From UHGV virus genome UHGV-0015805: a stretch of DNA of 64,000 bases; one strand, written 5' to 3'. Under the pieces are notes generated by a model. That model was not told where the DNA came from. It worked only from the letters and a program-made list of their open reading frames with translations, and searched no databases. This document shows, in pieces, positions 1 to 9,055 of this stretch (position 1 is the stretch's first letter; every line of letters begins with the position of its first letter). The stretch is from a virus. Both the position numbers and the translations under genes were made by a program.

Positions 1-27
1 CGAGGACGATAATTGAAGGAGAGAAAA

Positions 28-1083
28 ATGAAAGATAACATTGTTTATCTCGATAACGCCGCAACGACAATGCCAAAATTTTTCGCTGTACGGGGCGACA
101 ACCTGTGGGGCAATGCCAATACACCCTATGCTATAAACGAGCGTCAGACGCTAAAAAAATGCCGTTTACGGCTACATGAATTGCTTGACACAGGTGGCAA
201 GGGCAAATTTATCTTTACAAGATGCGCAACAGAGAGCGTTGAGATGCTCGGACGGCTGTGGGATGGTTTGATTTGCACCGATGCAAAAGAGCATGACAGC
301 GTATGGGATGTCGCTCAGAAATCGCCGTTGAGGCTTGTGTCATTGAGATTTTGGCAGCGCGTTAATCAAATGACTGGCGATGTGTTTGAGAACCCTTGGT
401 TCCTGCCAAAAAGAACAGATGATTCATGTCTGGACGAATATGATTTTAACGGTTGTGATTTAACTGCCGCAATTGGTAAAGTTGACTGTTCGCAGAAGAA
501 ACTTAAATATGACGCTTGTTGGTTCAGTGGGCATAAGTTCCATGGACCACATATTGGCGTGCTGTGGTTATGTGATGAGTTGTGCAAGAGGTTTGAATTG
601 TCAGACGACCCGAATAACAACTATGGCATTCTTCACGGCACTCCTGATGTTGCATCAATTTCTGCCATGGTGTCTGCCTTTGAATGGGCGCAGGATATTG
701 CGGGCAATCGTGAAGCGACCTATAAGGGATTTGTCGATTATTTCCTCAAAGAGGTTATTAAAGTGACAGACGATTGTGCGTTTGTACTTGGCGGACATGG
801 AGAAAATAAGACAGACGCAATCAATGCTGTTTATCTTTCTGGCATTAACGCGGACGCATTGCAGCAATATCTCTCTACAAAAAATGTCTATGTCGGTTCA
901 GGAGCGTCGGCATGCTCTGCCAAACATGACTACCGCGTTTTGTGTGACGGCTATGGTTACTCAAAAGAAACCGCCGAAGAAACTATCAGAATTTCATTTA
1001 GCCGATATACAAAAAAGTCCGATATTGACGCACTGGTATCAGGAATTTCAGATTTTTACAAAAATTTTTGTAAAACCTATTGA
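28..1083 (+). CDS. NifS/IscS-like cysteine desulfurase homolog (class V aminotransferase fold), shortened and divergent
   Basis: Motifs YLDNAATT, FTRCATES, SGHKFHGP (PLP-lysine) and SGASACS (active-site Cys) line up with IscS. About 45 aa shorter than canonical, with a deletion in the central region. RBS GAAGGAG before the ATG at 28. Confidence 0.55.
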   Translation: MKDNIVYLDNAATTMPKFFAVRGDNLWGNANTPYAINERQTLKKCRLRLHELLDTGGKGKFIFTRCATESVEMLGRLWDGLICTDAKEHDSVWDVAQKSPLRLVSLRFWQRVNQMTGDVFENPWFLPKRTDDSCLDEYDFNGCDLTAAIGKVDCSQKKLKYDACWFSGHKFHGPHIGVLWLCDELCKRFELSDDPNNNYGILHGTPDVASISAMVSAFEWAQDIAGNREATYKGFVDYFLKEVIKVTDDCAFVLGGHGENKTDAINAVYLSGINADALQQYLSTKNVYVGSGASACSAKHDYRVLCDGYGYSKETAEETIRISFSRYTKKSDIDALVSGISDFYKNFCKTY

Positions 1084-1108
1084 CAAATCAATTTATTTGC
1101 AGTATAAT
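1080..1108 (+). promoter_or_regulatory. sigma70/SigA-type consensus promoter (TTGACA-17-TATAAT, TG-extended)
   Basis: ttgacaaatcaatttatttgcagtataat read directly; it starts the early operon. Confidence 0.6.
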
Positions 1109-1138
1109 ACAATCAACAAATCAAAGGAGGCATGAATA

Positions 1139-1339
1139 ATGCGAGATTGGAAAGACCATTTGTGGGCGGCAATCCTAATGATTCTGATTGTGGTTATACT
1201 GCTTATCAGTTATCAAGTCGAACAATCCGAGAAAAAGGCAAACAAGTACAGTTACAAATACACTGCACAAGCCACAGAAGTTCAGCAAGAATGTATAAAT
1301 ATGCAGAAATTTATGTATAATTATGAGGTGAAGGCATGA
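1139..1339 (+). CDS. small single-pass membrane protein
   Basis: Hydrophobic stretch AAILMILIVVILLISY; RBS AAGGAGG 8 nt upstream. Confidence 0.4.
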   Translation: MRDWKDHLWAAILMILIVVILLISYQVEQSEKKANKYSYKYTAQATEVQQECINMQKFMYNYEVKA

Positions 1340-1971
1340 AAGCAGAGAAACTTTATCCGATTATTTCTAAGTGGGAAGAACAGTGGAAGCGGGATTGCGG
1401 CGGAATGTTAAGTCCCGGCGTTGCAACTGAATTTGCCCTTTTGAAGGAAGACCTTGAAAAAGAAATGCGGGATGCAGCAGCTAAGCAAGGCGGAGTAAGG
1501 AGCGTCTACAATGCTGCTAATGCAATTATCAAGAATGCAAAGAAATGCTATCCGGGCAAGCCCAATATCCACGGCATGTATGAGGACGAAAAACAGTACG
1601 GAGAGACTGTTTATTGTGTATGTGATGGATATTCTGCCGTTCGATTCAAAAAGGAATTGCCGCTTGAGCACATTCCTAATGACGTTGGCGAGCCTTTTCA
1701 TCTCAAAAATATTGTCAAGAAGCCCGATGGTGCGCAGCAAATTGTCCTACCCGATATTGCAGATATTAAGGTATTTTGCAAAACATGCGACAAAGACGAC
1801 CTGTTCTGTCTCGATGAAGAATTGGATATATATGTAAATCCGAATTATCTTGCAAACATTATGGGTTGTTTGCCTAATGCAACCGCATATGCAAGAGATG
1901 GTGTTTCGGCTATTTATTTTGAGGCTGAAAATGGTGATGGTGTGTTGATGCCTGCGAGGCCGAAGAAATGA
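1336..1971 (+). CDS. hypothetical protein
   Basis: ATGA overlap with the upstream gene; 211-aa ORF with no recognised motif. Confidence 0.45.
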   Translation: MKAEKLYPIISKWEEQWKRDCGGMLSPGVATEFALLKEDLEKEMRDAAAKQGGVRSVYNAANAIIKNAKKCYPGKPNIHGMYEDEKQYGETVYCVCDGYSAVRFKKELPLEHIPNDVGEPFHLKNIVKKPDGAQQIVLPDIADIKVFCKTCDKDDLFCLDEELDIYVNPNYLANIMGCLPNATAYARDGVSAIYFEAENGDGVLMPARPKK

Positions 1972-2005
1972 ACAGGGCGTAATGTTTGCAAAAGGAGGTG
2001 ATACT

Positions 2006-5000
2006 ATGCTCAAAAACTATTGTGTCTATCATTTACATACAGAGCAATCTTTGCTTGACAGCTGCACAAACTATAAGCTGTATGTAGACAAGGCCAAAAA
2101 GCTTGGTCGGACAGCGATTTGCTTTACTGAACATGGCAATCTGTACTCATGGGTAGAGAAAAAGATGTATTGCGATGAACAAGGCATTAAGTATCTGCAC
2201 GGTGTTGAGTGCTATCTCACCAAGTCGCTTTACGAATATCCTGATGTGCCTGACGAATGGTACGAAGAACATCTTGGCATGGATGAAAAGGACGTGCAAG
2301 CAGAACTTAATGAGATGCTTGAAAACAACAAACGCAAAGTGCGTGACAATTACCATACCATCCTTATTGCAAAAAATTATGATGGTGTAATGGAACTTAA
2401 TAGGCTGTGCTCACTGTCTACACAGCCCGACCATTTCTATTACAAGCCACGATTGACATTTAACGAGTTTTTAGCTATCAGCCCCAATGTTATCAAAATT
2501 TCTGCCTGCCTTGCATCCCCATTAAATAAGATGCGCAAGGGCGAAACCGATATTGACGAGCGGTTGTTACGAGCATATGATTATTATGAAATTCAGCCGC
2601 ACATTAACAGTGAAGAGCAGAAAGAATATAATCTATGGCTTGTTAAGATGTCCAAGAAATATGGCAAGCCACTGATTGCTGGAACGGACACACATAGCTT
2701 GAATCAATATAAGGCTGAATGCCGAACCATTCTTCAGCTTGCAAAGAAGATTGAATTTTCTAATGAGGACGAATTCGACCTAACATATAAAAGTTATGAC
2801 GAACTTGTTGATATGTTTGCCAAACAGGGAGTACTTGACGAGCAGACATACATTGAAGCCATCAATAACACAAATGTTATGGCAGACAGCGTTGAGCCGT
2901 TTGAGCTTGATGCTGCGTTAAAATATCCTATTCTTTATGGAGAACAGGACGAAGCAATGCTCTGGAAGGTACTTGGTGATAAGCTTGTAGATAAAGAAAA
3001 ACGCGGCGTAATCGACCGCAAGGATCGTCAAGCATATGTTGATCGCATCAAAGAAGAAATGCGTGTTCTTAAAAAAATCGGCATGACTGGCTTTATGCTG
3101 TTTATGTCCGAGATGATTTCTTGGTGTTGGGAAAATAACATTCCAGTTGGATTTTGCCGCGGCTCTGTTGGCGGGTCGATGGTGGCGTATATCAGCGATA
3201 TAATTGATGTAAATCCATTTACTTGGCATACAATGTTTGCGCGCTTTGCTAATGAACACCGTACTGAAGTGGGTGACATCGATGTAGATATAAGTCCAGA
3301 CCAACGGTACCTTGTATATGATTATATCATTAACCGCTTCGGAAAAGAAAAGACTGCATATATTCTTGCAAGCGGGACAGTTAATGACAAGGGTTGTATT
3401 GACGAGATAGGACGCGCGTTGGCTTATCGTGATGAAAATTCGCCATATACGCTTGCGAAAATAAAAGAGATTAAACAGGAATATGCCGCAGACTCCGATA
3501 AAGCAAGGCGCGATTATCCTGATTTATTCTATTACTTTGACGGACTAAACGGAACGGTTGTGTCACAGTCCATGCATCCTGCAGGAATTGTAGCAAGTCC
3601 GATTAATCTAATTGATAACTATGGCTGTTTTATCAACAATGAGGGCAAGCAGGTCATGTATATCAACATGGAAGAAGTTCACGAGACGGGGCTTGTTAAG
3701 TATGATATTTTGGGGCTGCGCAATGTTCAAATCATTCGTGATACATGCGCATTAGCCGGAATACCATATCCAAAATCTCATGAAATCAATTGGAATGATA
3801 ATGCTGTGTGGAAAGATATGGTAAAATCGCCCGTTGGGATATTCCAGTTCGAGTCCGATTTTGCCTTCAAGAGCTTGCAAAAAATGTCCCCACATAGTAT
3901 TAACGACATGTCATTAACAAATGCTGCTCTAAGACCGTCTGGCGAAAGTTATCGTGAGCGGTTGTTTAACAAAGAAGTTAATCATAATCCGTCCGAACAA
4001 ATTGATGAACTATTGGCAGATAACTATGGCTATCTTGTATTTCAGGAAGATGTCATTAAATTTCTACAAGACATATGTGGGTTAAGCGGGTCTGATGCAG
4101 ACAATGTGCGCCGGGCTATTGGGCGCAAGCAAGTTGACCGCCTGCAAAAGGCATTGCCACAAATTTTTGAGGGGTATTGCAATAAGTCTGAAAGGCCTCG
4201 CAATATTGCAGAACAAGAAGCTAAAACATTCCTACAAATTATTGAAGATAGCAGCAATTATATGTTTGGTTATAACCATAGTACGGGTTATTCAATGATT
4301 GGATATACATGTGCATATTTACGCTATCATTATCCAATCGAGTTCTGTACGGCATTGCTCAACAATGCAAATAATGATGATGATTTAACAAATGGAACGG
4401 CGCTTATTAAGCAGCTTGGCATTAAATTAAGACCGCCTTTGTTTCGTCATTCTCGGTCAACATATTTTTGCAACAAAGATGATAACACAATCTATCAAGG
4501 ATTAGATTCAATCAAACATATGTCGTCGGATGTTGCAGAAAGCCTGTATCTTCTGCGAGATAAGCAGTTCAAAAATTTCATTGATTTTTTGTTTTGTATG
4601 CAATACCTGCCAGTCAAGCCCGATAGCCGACAGCTTGATATATTGATTAAAATCGGCTATTTTTCCGAGTTTGGCAAAGCAAGGGCGTTGCTCGAGGGCG
4701 TGCGCGTATTCAATCTTTTTTATAAATCTAAGACAATAAGGCTTGACAAATGGATTGAGATGTGCTATAATATAGACGTGTTAAGGCAACACGCCGAAAA
4801 AATGACCGATAAGACGGCAAGCGGCATTGACAACTATGCTTTAATTCTTGCAATTCTTAAGCAAGAAAGTATGCCTAAGACGACCATTGTGGACATGCTG
4901 AGATGGCAAGCTGAATTTTTAGGTTATGTTGACGGTCATGATTCAAAGCGAGACATAAATGACTGGCTTGTGCTTGACAGTAAAACCACTAATTACGGTA

Positions 5001-5215
5001 TTGCGTGGTTAAGGTTATACAACCTACAACATGGAGTTGAGCGTCAATATAAGTGCAATAAAAAATGGTGGGCAACACATCAATGCAAATCGGGCGATAT
5101 AATCAAAGCCGTGCTTGACAATGTGCCTAAATGGACGAAAAATTCTGATGGCAAATTTATTAAGACGAACGAGACAGAAGTGCAAGTTAAATGTTTTAAG
5201 GTATTGGAGGAATGA
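2006..5215 (+). CDS. dnaE: DNA polymerase III alpha subunit (DnaE-like, N-terminal PHP domain)
   Basis: YHLHTEQSLLDS PHP motif; GFCRGSVGGSMVAYISDIIDVNPF matches the PolIII alpha palm motif GxGRGSAAGSLVAY; about 1070 aa; RBS AAGGAGGTG. Confidence 0.85.
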   Translation: MLKNYCVYHLHTEQSLLDSCTNYKLYVDKAKKLGRTAICFTEHGNLYSWVEKKMYCDEQGIKYLHGVECYLTKSLYEYPDVPDEWYEEHLGMDEKDVQAELNEMLENNKRKVRDNYHTILIAKNYDGVMELNRLCSLSTQPDHFYYKPRLTFNEFLAISPNVIKISACLASPLNKMRKGETDIDERLLRAYDYYEIQPHINSEEQKEYNLWLVKMSKKYGKPLIAGTDTHSLNQYKAECRTILQLAKKIEFSNEDEFDLTYKSYDELVDMFAKQGVLDEQTYIEAINNTNVMADSVEPFELDAALKYPILYGEQDEAMLWKVLGDKLVDKEKRGVIDRKDRQAYVDRIKEEMRVLKKIGMTGFMLFMSEMISWCWENNIPVGFCRGSVGGSMVAYISDIIDVNPFTWHTMFARFANEHRTEVGDIDVDISPDQRYLVYDYIINRFGKEKTAYILASGTVNDKGCIDEIGRALAYRDENSPYTLAKIKEIKQEYAADSDKARRDYPDLFYYFDGLNGTVVSQSMHPAGIVASPINLIDNYGCFINNEGKQVMYINMEEVHETGLVKYDILGLRNVQIIRDTCALAGIPYPKSHEINWNDNAVWKDMVKSPVGIFQFESDFAFKSLQKMSPHSINDMSLTNAALRPSGESYRERLFNKEVNHNPSEQIDELLADNYGYLVFQEDVIKFLQDICGLSGSDADNVRRAIGRKQVDRLQKALPQIFEGYCNKSERPRNIAEQEAKTFLQIIEDSSNYMFGYNHSTGYSMIGYTCAYLRYHYPIEFCTALLNNANNDDDLTNGTALIKQLGIKLRPPLFRHSRSTYFCNKDDNTIYQGLDSIKHMSSDVAESLYLLRDKQFKNFIDFLFCMQYLPVKPDSRQLDILIKIGYFSEFGKARALLEGVRVFNLFYKSKTIRLDKWIEMCYNIDVLRQHAEKMTDKTASGIDNYALILAILKQESMPKTTIVDMLRWQAEFLGYVDGHDSKRDINDWLVLDSKTTNYGIAWLRLYNLQHGVERQYKCNKKWWATHQCKSGDIIKAVLDNVPKWTKNSDGKFIKTNETEVQVKCFKVLEE
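4743..4771 (+). promoter_or_regulatory. consensus promoter-like element inside the dnaE coding sequence
   Basis: ttgacaaatggattgagatgtgctataat, same architecture as the intergenic promoters. Confidence 0.3.
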
Positions 5216-5383
5216 AAGAATATATTTGTGTAGCAATGCGTGGTAGACCGATTGAAAATCCGTCGTTACGAGTTGCTGGGCTTCCAACTAAGCAGCGCCT
5301 TGAGCCAAATTTTGATTGTGTCAACACACTGTCAACAGTATGCAAAGACAATATGATATTGGAGATTGTCCAAGATGAGTAAA
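5211..5383 (+). CDS. small hypothetical protein (57 aa), translationally coupled to dnaE
   Basis: ATGA overlap with the dnaE stop; GGAGG RBS just upstream. Confidence 0.25.
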
Positions 5384-5528
5384 ATTATGCATCTTGTCTA
5401 TGATGATTATAACGGCAACCTATATGGGCACATAGACTATATTGGTACTATCACGGCACATGGCTGTGGATGCAAGGCGATGCGCAACGGAATAAAAATA
5501 ATCGAAGTAATAATGGAGGATGATGACA

Positions 5529-6335
5529 ATGAGCAAACCGTATGAACTTGTTAATTTTTGCGAAATTGATAAATTCGCAACTAAGTCATATTGTGCGGTG
5601 CATGATGTAGACCCGAGCAAGAATCTTGGCGATATTACCAAGGTGGATGAGAACGAATTGCCTGAGTTTAATTGCATCTTTGGTGGTTCGCCTTGTCAAG
5701 ATTTTAGCGTTGCCGGTAAAGGTGCTGGCTCTATGTGGAAATGCCATGAATGTGGGCATGAGTACAACCCTATTACTATGCACTGGTCTAAGCGGCATAT
5801 CTGTCCTGAATGTGGTAGCGACCAGCTTGATAAGACGCGCTCATCTTTGCTTGTTGAATGGCTGCGTGTAATTCGAGCCAACAAGCCAAAGTGGGGTATT
5901 TATGAAAACGTGAAGAATATCACAGGCAAAAAGCATCGAGCCACATTCGACTTATTCGTTAAGGAACTCGAAGAATATGGCTACAATGTATATTGGAAAG
6001 TGCTTAATGCCAAAAATTATGGAGTCCCGCAAAATCGCAACCGCGTGTATGTTGTCATTGTACTGAAAGAGTTGGACAACGGCAAGTTTGAGTTCCCCAA
6101 GCCGTTCGATAATGGCGTTCGATTAAAAGATGTGCTTGAAGATGCGGTCGATGAAAAATATTATGTCGAAACCGATGCCTCCCAGGAGTTAATCGATGAA
6201 CTTGTCGAAAGTGGTAGACTCGACAAGGTAGCAAGCAATACGGTTCGTACAGGGGGGCGCAACGGCCCGATAGGCGACAGACACAATTGGGATGCTGTTG
6301 CAGTTAGGGCGAACGAGGCACATCAAAATCGATAG
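5529..6335 (+). CDS. DNA (cytosine-5) methyltransferase, part 1: motifs II-VIII plus N-terminal half of the target-recognition domain, with a zinc-ribbon insert; motif I absent here
   Basis: EIDKFA, GGSPCQDFSVAGKG (motif IV PCQ), ENVKN (VI) and QNRNRVYVV (VIII). CHECG...CPECG inserted between IV and VI. Ends at an in-frame TAG (6333-6335). Confidence 0.75.
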   Translation: MSKPYELVNFCEIDKFATKSYCAVHDVDPSKNLGDITKVDENELPEFNCIFGGSPCQDFSVAGKGAGSMWKCHECGHEYNPITMHWSKRHICPECGSDQLDKTRSSLLVEWLRVIRANKPKWGIYENVKNITGKKHRATFDLFVKELEEYGYNVYWKVLNAKNYGVPQNRNRVYVVIVLKELDNGKFEFPKPFDNGVRLKDVLEDAVDEKYYVETDASQELIDELVESGRLDKVASNTVRTGGRNGPIGDRHNWDAVAVRANEAHQNR

Positions 6336-6383
6336 ACTTTACGACATGTTGTTTCACAAAATCACGCAGGAGGATTAAAGAGA

Positions 6384-6704
6384 GTGGACATTGACACGCA
6401 AAACAAAAAATATCGCCTTAGACGGCTAACAGAAAAAGAATGCTGGCGTTTGATGGATTTTACAGATGAGCAGTTTGATAAAGCAAAGGATGCAGGACTG
6501 TCTGATACGCAGCTCTACAAGCAGGCTGGCAACAGCATTGTTGTTGGAGTGCTTGAGCAAATTATGGGCAATTTGTATGATGCTATGCCGTATTTGTTTG
6601 ATGATTTGAAAGTGGGCAGCTATTTTAGCGGCATTGGAGCGTTTGAAAGTGCGTTGGACAGAGTATATGAAAAGAAACGAAAAAAAAGGGGGGGGGGGGA
6701 CTAA
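6384..6704 (+). CDS. DNA (cytosine-5) methyltransferase, part 2: motifs IX-X followed by a C-terminal motif I (circular permutation)
   Basis: RRLTEKECWRLMDF (IX) and QAGNSIVVGVLEQI (X), then LKVGSYFSGIGAFESAL, which is a motif I FxGxG SAM loop. GTG start with AGGAGG RBS. Same reading frame as part 1. Confidence 0.7.
   Translation: MDIDTQNKKYRLRRLTEKECWRLMDFTDEQFDKAKDAGLSDTQLYKQAGNSIVVGVLEQIMGNLYDAMPYLFDDLKVGSYFSGIGAFESALDRVYEKKRKKRGGGD
6680..6699. repeat. A8 G12 homopolymer tract at the 3' end of the methyltransferase
   Basis: cgaaaaaaaagggggggggggg read directly at 6680-6699. Confidence 0.9.
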
Positions 6705-6707
6705 CCA

Positions 6708-6938
6708 ATGAAACATTGTTATGGCTTTTGTGCGTCTGAATGTATATTAGGACAATGCCCACAAGCATTGGCACAATCATGTGATTGGTATACAGATATG
6801 GGATTTGATGTTCCAAAATCATGCAGGGATTGTTGGTACAATACAGGGCAATGTGAGGACTGTGTGTTTATAGGCAGCGAACAATGTGAATATCCGAACA
6901 AAGAAAAGAAAATCGTGATTAAGGAGGTCAAAGAATAA
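6708..6938 (+). CDS. small Cys-rich protein
   Basis: 14 Cys in 76 aa. Confidence 0.4.
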   Translation: MKHCYGFCASECILGQCPQALAQSCDWYTDMGFDVPKSCRDCWYNTGQCEDCVFIGSEQCEYPNKEKKIVIKEVKE

Positions 6939-7219
6939 TGCAAGAAATAAAGCCCTGCCCTTTCTGTGGAAATCCAAAGGTTAAGCTTGTAAAGAACGCC
7001 AGCTTTTATACATTTTCATATGGTGACAAATATATAGAGCGTGTTAAATATTCTGTGCGATGCGGAGTGTGCTATGCAAGAGGTGGACTTGCAAGCGGGC
7101 TTGTTGGGGATTATGGCAATTGCGAAAATGATGTTCCAGCGCCATATCGAAATAAAATTGCCACTGACGAAGAGCTGCAGGCAAAAGCAATTGAATTGTG
7201 GAATGAGAGGATTGAATAA
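6938..7219 (+). CDS. Lar-family restriction-alleviation-like zinc-finger protein
   Basis: MQEIKPCPFCG...VRCGVCYARG matches the Lar-family CPFCG/CxxC pattern; strong RBS AAGGAGG. Confidence 0.5.
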   Translation: MQEIKPCPFCGNPKVKLVKNASFYTFSYGDKYIERVKYSVRCGVCYARGGLASGLVGDYGNCENDVPAPYRNKIATDEELQAKAIELWNERIE

Positions 7220-7620
7220 TGGATGCTGTTAAATTTCTCGAAGAAAAAGACAGGATGTGCAGATTTTATGAAACATGTTCGAAATGCCCTTGTTTTTACA
7301 AGTCCGGCATCGCTGTGAATTGCATACTTGCTAATGGGTTGTCTTTAGCAAAAAACAAAGAACAAGTCGCCATTGTTGAAAAATGGTCTGCCGAACATCC
7401 TCGTAAAACAAGACAAAGTGTATTTTTGGAGCAGTACCCCGAGGCAAAAGTAGATAAGAGCACCGGCGTGCTTGTTCTTTGCCCCGCAGCGTTAAAGAAA
7501 GAATACAGAGATGATAGAGGTGCTTGTAATGCATACTGCATCGAAAGTAATGCATACTGCATCGAAAGCGGCATTTGCGCTGATTGCCGCCGCAAGTTTT
7601 GGATGCAGGAGGTAGAATGA
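7219..7620 (+). CDS. Cys-rich hypothetical protein containing an in-frame tandem duplication
   Basis: NAYCIES NAYCIES, encoded by a 21-bp tandem repeat. Confidence 0.45.
   Translation: MDAVKFLEEKDRMCRFYETCSKCPCFYKSGIAVNCILANGLSLAKNKEQVAIVEKWSAEHPRKTRQSVFLEQYPEAKVDKSTGVLVLCPAALKKEYRDDRGACNAYCIESNAYCIESGICADCRRKFWMQEVE
7527..7568 (+). repeat. 21-bp perfect tandem duplication (2 copies)
   Basis: taatgcatactgcatcgaaag x2. Confidence 0.8.
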
Positions 7621-7763
7621 TGAAGCTAACTATTATCTTCAAAGATGAGTTTGAGGAACATATGAAAAGGCAATTTGGGTCTTTCACGAATCCGCAGGTA
7701 TATAACGTGAAGTCTATACGCATTGAACGTGGGTATCTATACTCTACTACGGTTTGTTAGTAT
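7617..7763 (+). CDS. small hypothetical protein (48 aa)
   Basis: ATGA overlap with the upstream gene; AGGAGG 5 nt upstream. Confidence 0.25.
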
Positions 7764-7810
7764 ATGGATGATATTGCCAGAGTTTACTGTGAGTGAGAGG
7801 AGGGCTAATA

Positions 7811-8125
7811 ATGGCTGAATATATTGATAAAAATGCGTTGTTTAAAGACCTTAACGATAAATATGAATGCAAAGACACTGAATGCTGGGATGTTAGTTAT
7901 ACTTTTGGCTTTGAGAGTGCCATAGGTGTAGTAAGCAAAGCATCACCACTTAATGTTGCAATTGTTAAACATGGACAGTGGATTGAGGACCACGAGTATC
8001 TCAAATGCTCAGAGTGCGGCGTGATGGTTATGGATGCGTTTTTTGATGATATTGAGGATTGGAATTACTGTCCCAACTGTGGAGCAAAAATGGAGGACGG
8101 AGCAGCAGACAACGAGACTGATTAA
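7811..8125 (+). CDS. zinc-ribbon hypothetical protein
   Basis: CxxC...CPNCG; RBS GAGAGGAGG. Confidence 0.45.
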   Translation: MAEYIDKNALFKDLNDKYECKDTECWDVSYTFGFESAIGVVSKASPLNVAIVKHGQWIEDHEYLKCSECGVMVMDAFFDDIEDWNYCPNCGAKMEDGAADNETD

Positions 8126-8213
8126 TGCGGATACTGCAGCTGCTTTCGCTGAGAACTGCGGAGCAACCTTTGTGGCAAAAAGATTAGCAGACAGTAATGT
8201 CTTTCCGGAGGTT

Positions 8214-8360
8214 GTGGTGCGATGTAAAGATTGCCAAAATCGCGGCACGATTTTCTGCCCTGTTGTGCATGAAACATTGGGCAGTGGATTAGTAGACTAC
8301 ACATCAGATGATGGTTATTGTTGGCATGGGAGTCCAATATTGGAGGGAGATAAACAATGA
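8214..8360 (+). CDS. small Cys-rich hypothetical protein (GTG start)
   Basis: GGAGG then GTG; CKDCQ...C...C; the next gene overlaps its stop as ATGA. Confidence 0.25.
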   Translation: MVRCKDCQNRGTIFCPVVHETLGSGLVDYTSDDGYCWHGSPILEGDKQ

Positions 8361-8617
8361 AAAGAATCCTCGGCGTTAATTACGAACACGGCAAAGTAAT
8401 TGGCGTAACAATTGATGGGCTAAATGATTGTAGTGGTAATGACAGTGCTTATTTCAAACGGTTAGAGCTTGCTGAGTGGAAAGATGATGAAAACTCTGCT
8501 AATTGTAAAGTATGCGGTAGATGTGGACGTGATGTTTCAATTGTCGATGCAGGTCTTTACTGTTGCAATTGTGGTTCAAAAATGTATAAAACAGACGAGG
8601 AGGTGGGCGAACCTTGA
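8357..8617 (+). CDS. zinc-ribbon hypothetical protein
   Basis: CKVCGRCG...CCNCG. Confidence 0.45.
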   Translation: MKRILGVNYEHGKVIGVTIDGLNDCSGNDSAYFKRLELAEWKDDENSANCKVCGRCGRDVSIVDAGLYCCNCGSKMYKTDEEVGEP

Positions 8618-8874
8618 CAACGAACATTAACAAAATCAACACAAAAACATACTTACCAAAGACTGTAACAGCACAAAGTGACGATAAATATTCATCAAAA
8701 CCTTGTGCTCACCGTTTGCCATGTGGCGTGTGTCGGCTTACAAATGCAATGTGCTCATTTGTTTCTTTACAACCAAGTTATATTTCTTGTAATGATACTG
8801 TACACACTAACGGATTCGGACAAACAATCATATGTAGCTCGGATGCAGATAATCATGCCAAAAGTGCTAACTAA
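8614..8874 (+). CDS. Cys-rich hypothetical protein (TTG start)
   Basis: RBS GAGGAGGTG before a TTG start; Cys-rich. Confidence 0.3.
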   Translation: MTTNINKINTKTYLPKTVTAQSDDKYSSKPCAHRLPCGVCRLTNAMCSFVSLQPSYISCNDTVHTNGFGQTIICSSDADNHAKSAN

Positions 8875-9052
8875 CGATTCAGATGTTCGCATTGGTGCAT
8901 TTCAATTCTCCGATAGAAAAAATCCGTGCCTGTGCGTCGAGAAAGGAAATCAATGCGTTGTATATGGACATTTTATTGATTCTGATAGGGCAGACGAATT
9001 TATGCACGAACTGGCATTGTTTTTAGGAATTAAGGAAAGGAAGGATGAATAA
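8855..9052 (+). CDS. hypothetical protein
   Basis: ORF in the alternate frame with protein-like composition; start uncertain. Confidence 0.25.
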   Translation: MPKVLTNDSDVRIGAFQFSDRKNPCLCVEKGNQCVVYGHFIDSDRADEFMHELALFLGIKERKDE

Positions 9053-9055
9053 GAT

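Noticed and set aside
5216-5375. Possible tRNA or structured RNA in the 160-nt gap after dnaE
   Set aside because: No T-loop (GTTCGAATC-like) or cloverleaf is recognisable. The region is better explained by a translationally coupled small ORF (5211-5383).
8034-8360. 108-aa ORF overlapping 7793-8125 in another frame
   Set aside because: The 5' two-thirds overlaps a better-supported gene. Only the 3' part (8214-8360, GTG start after GGAGG) is retained, as a low-confidence small gene.
8678-9052. 124-aa ORF with hydrophobic N-terminal half
   Set aside because: Its 5' half overlaps 8614-8874 out of frame. Only the 3' part from ATG 8855 is kept, at low confidence.
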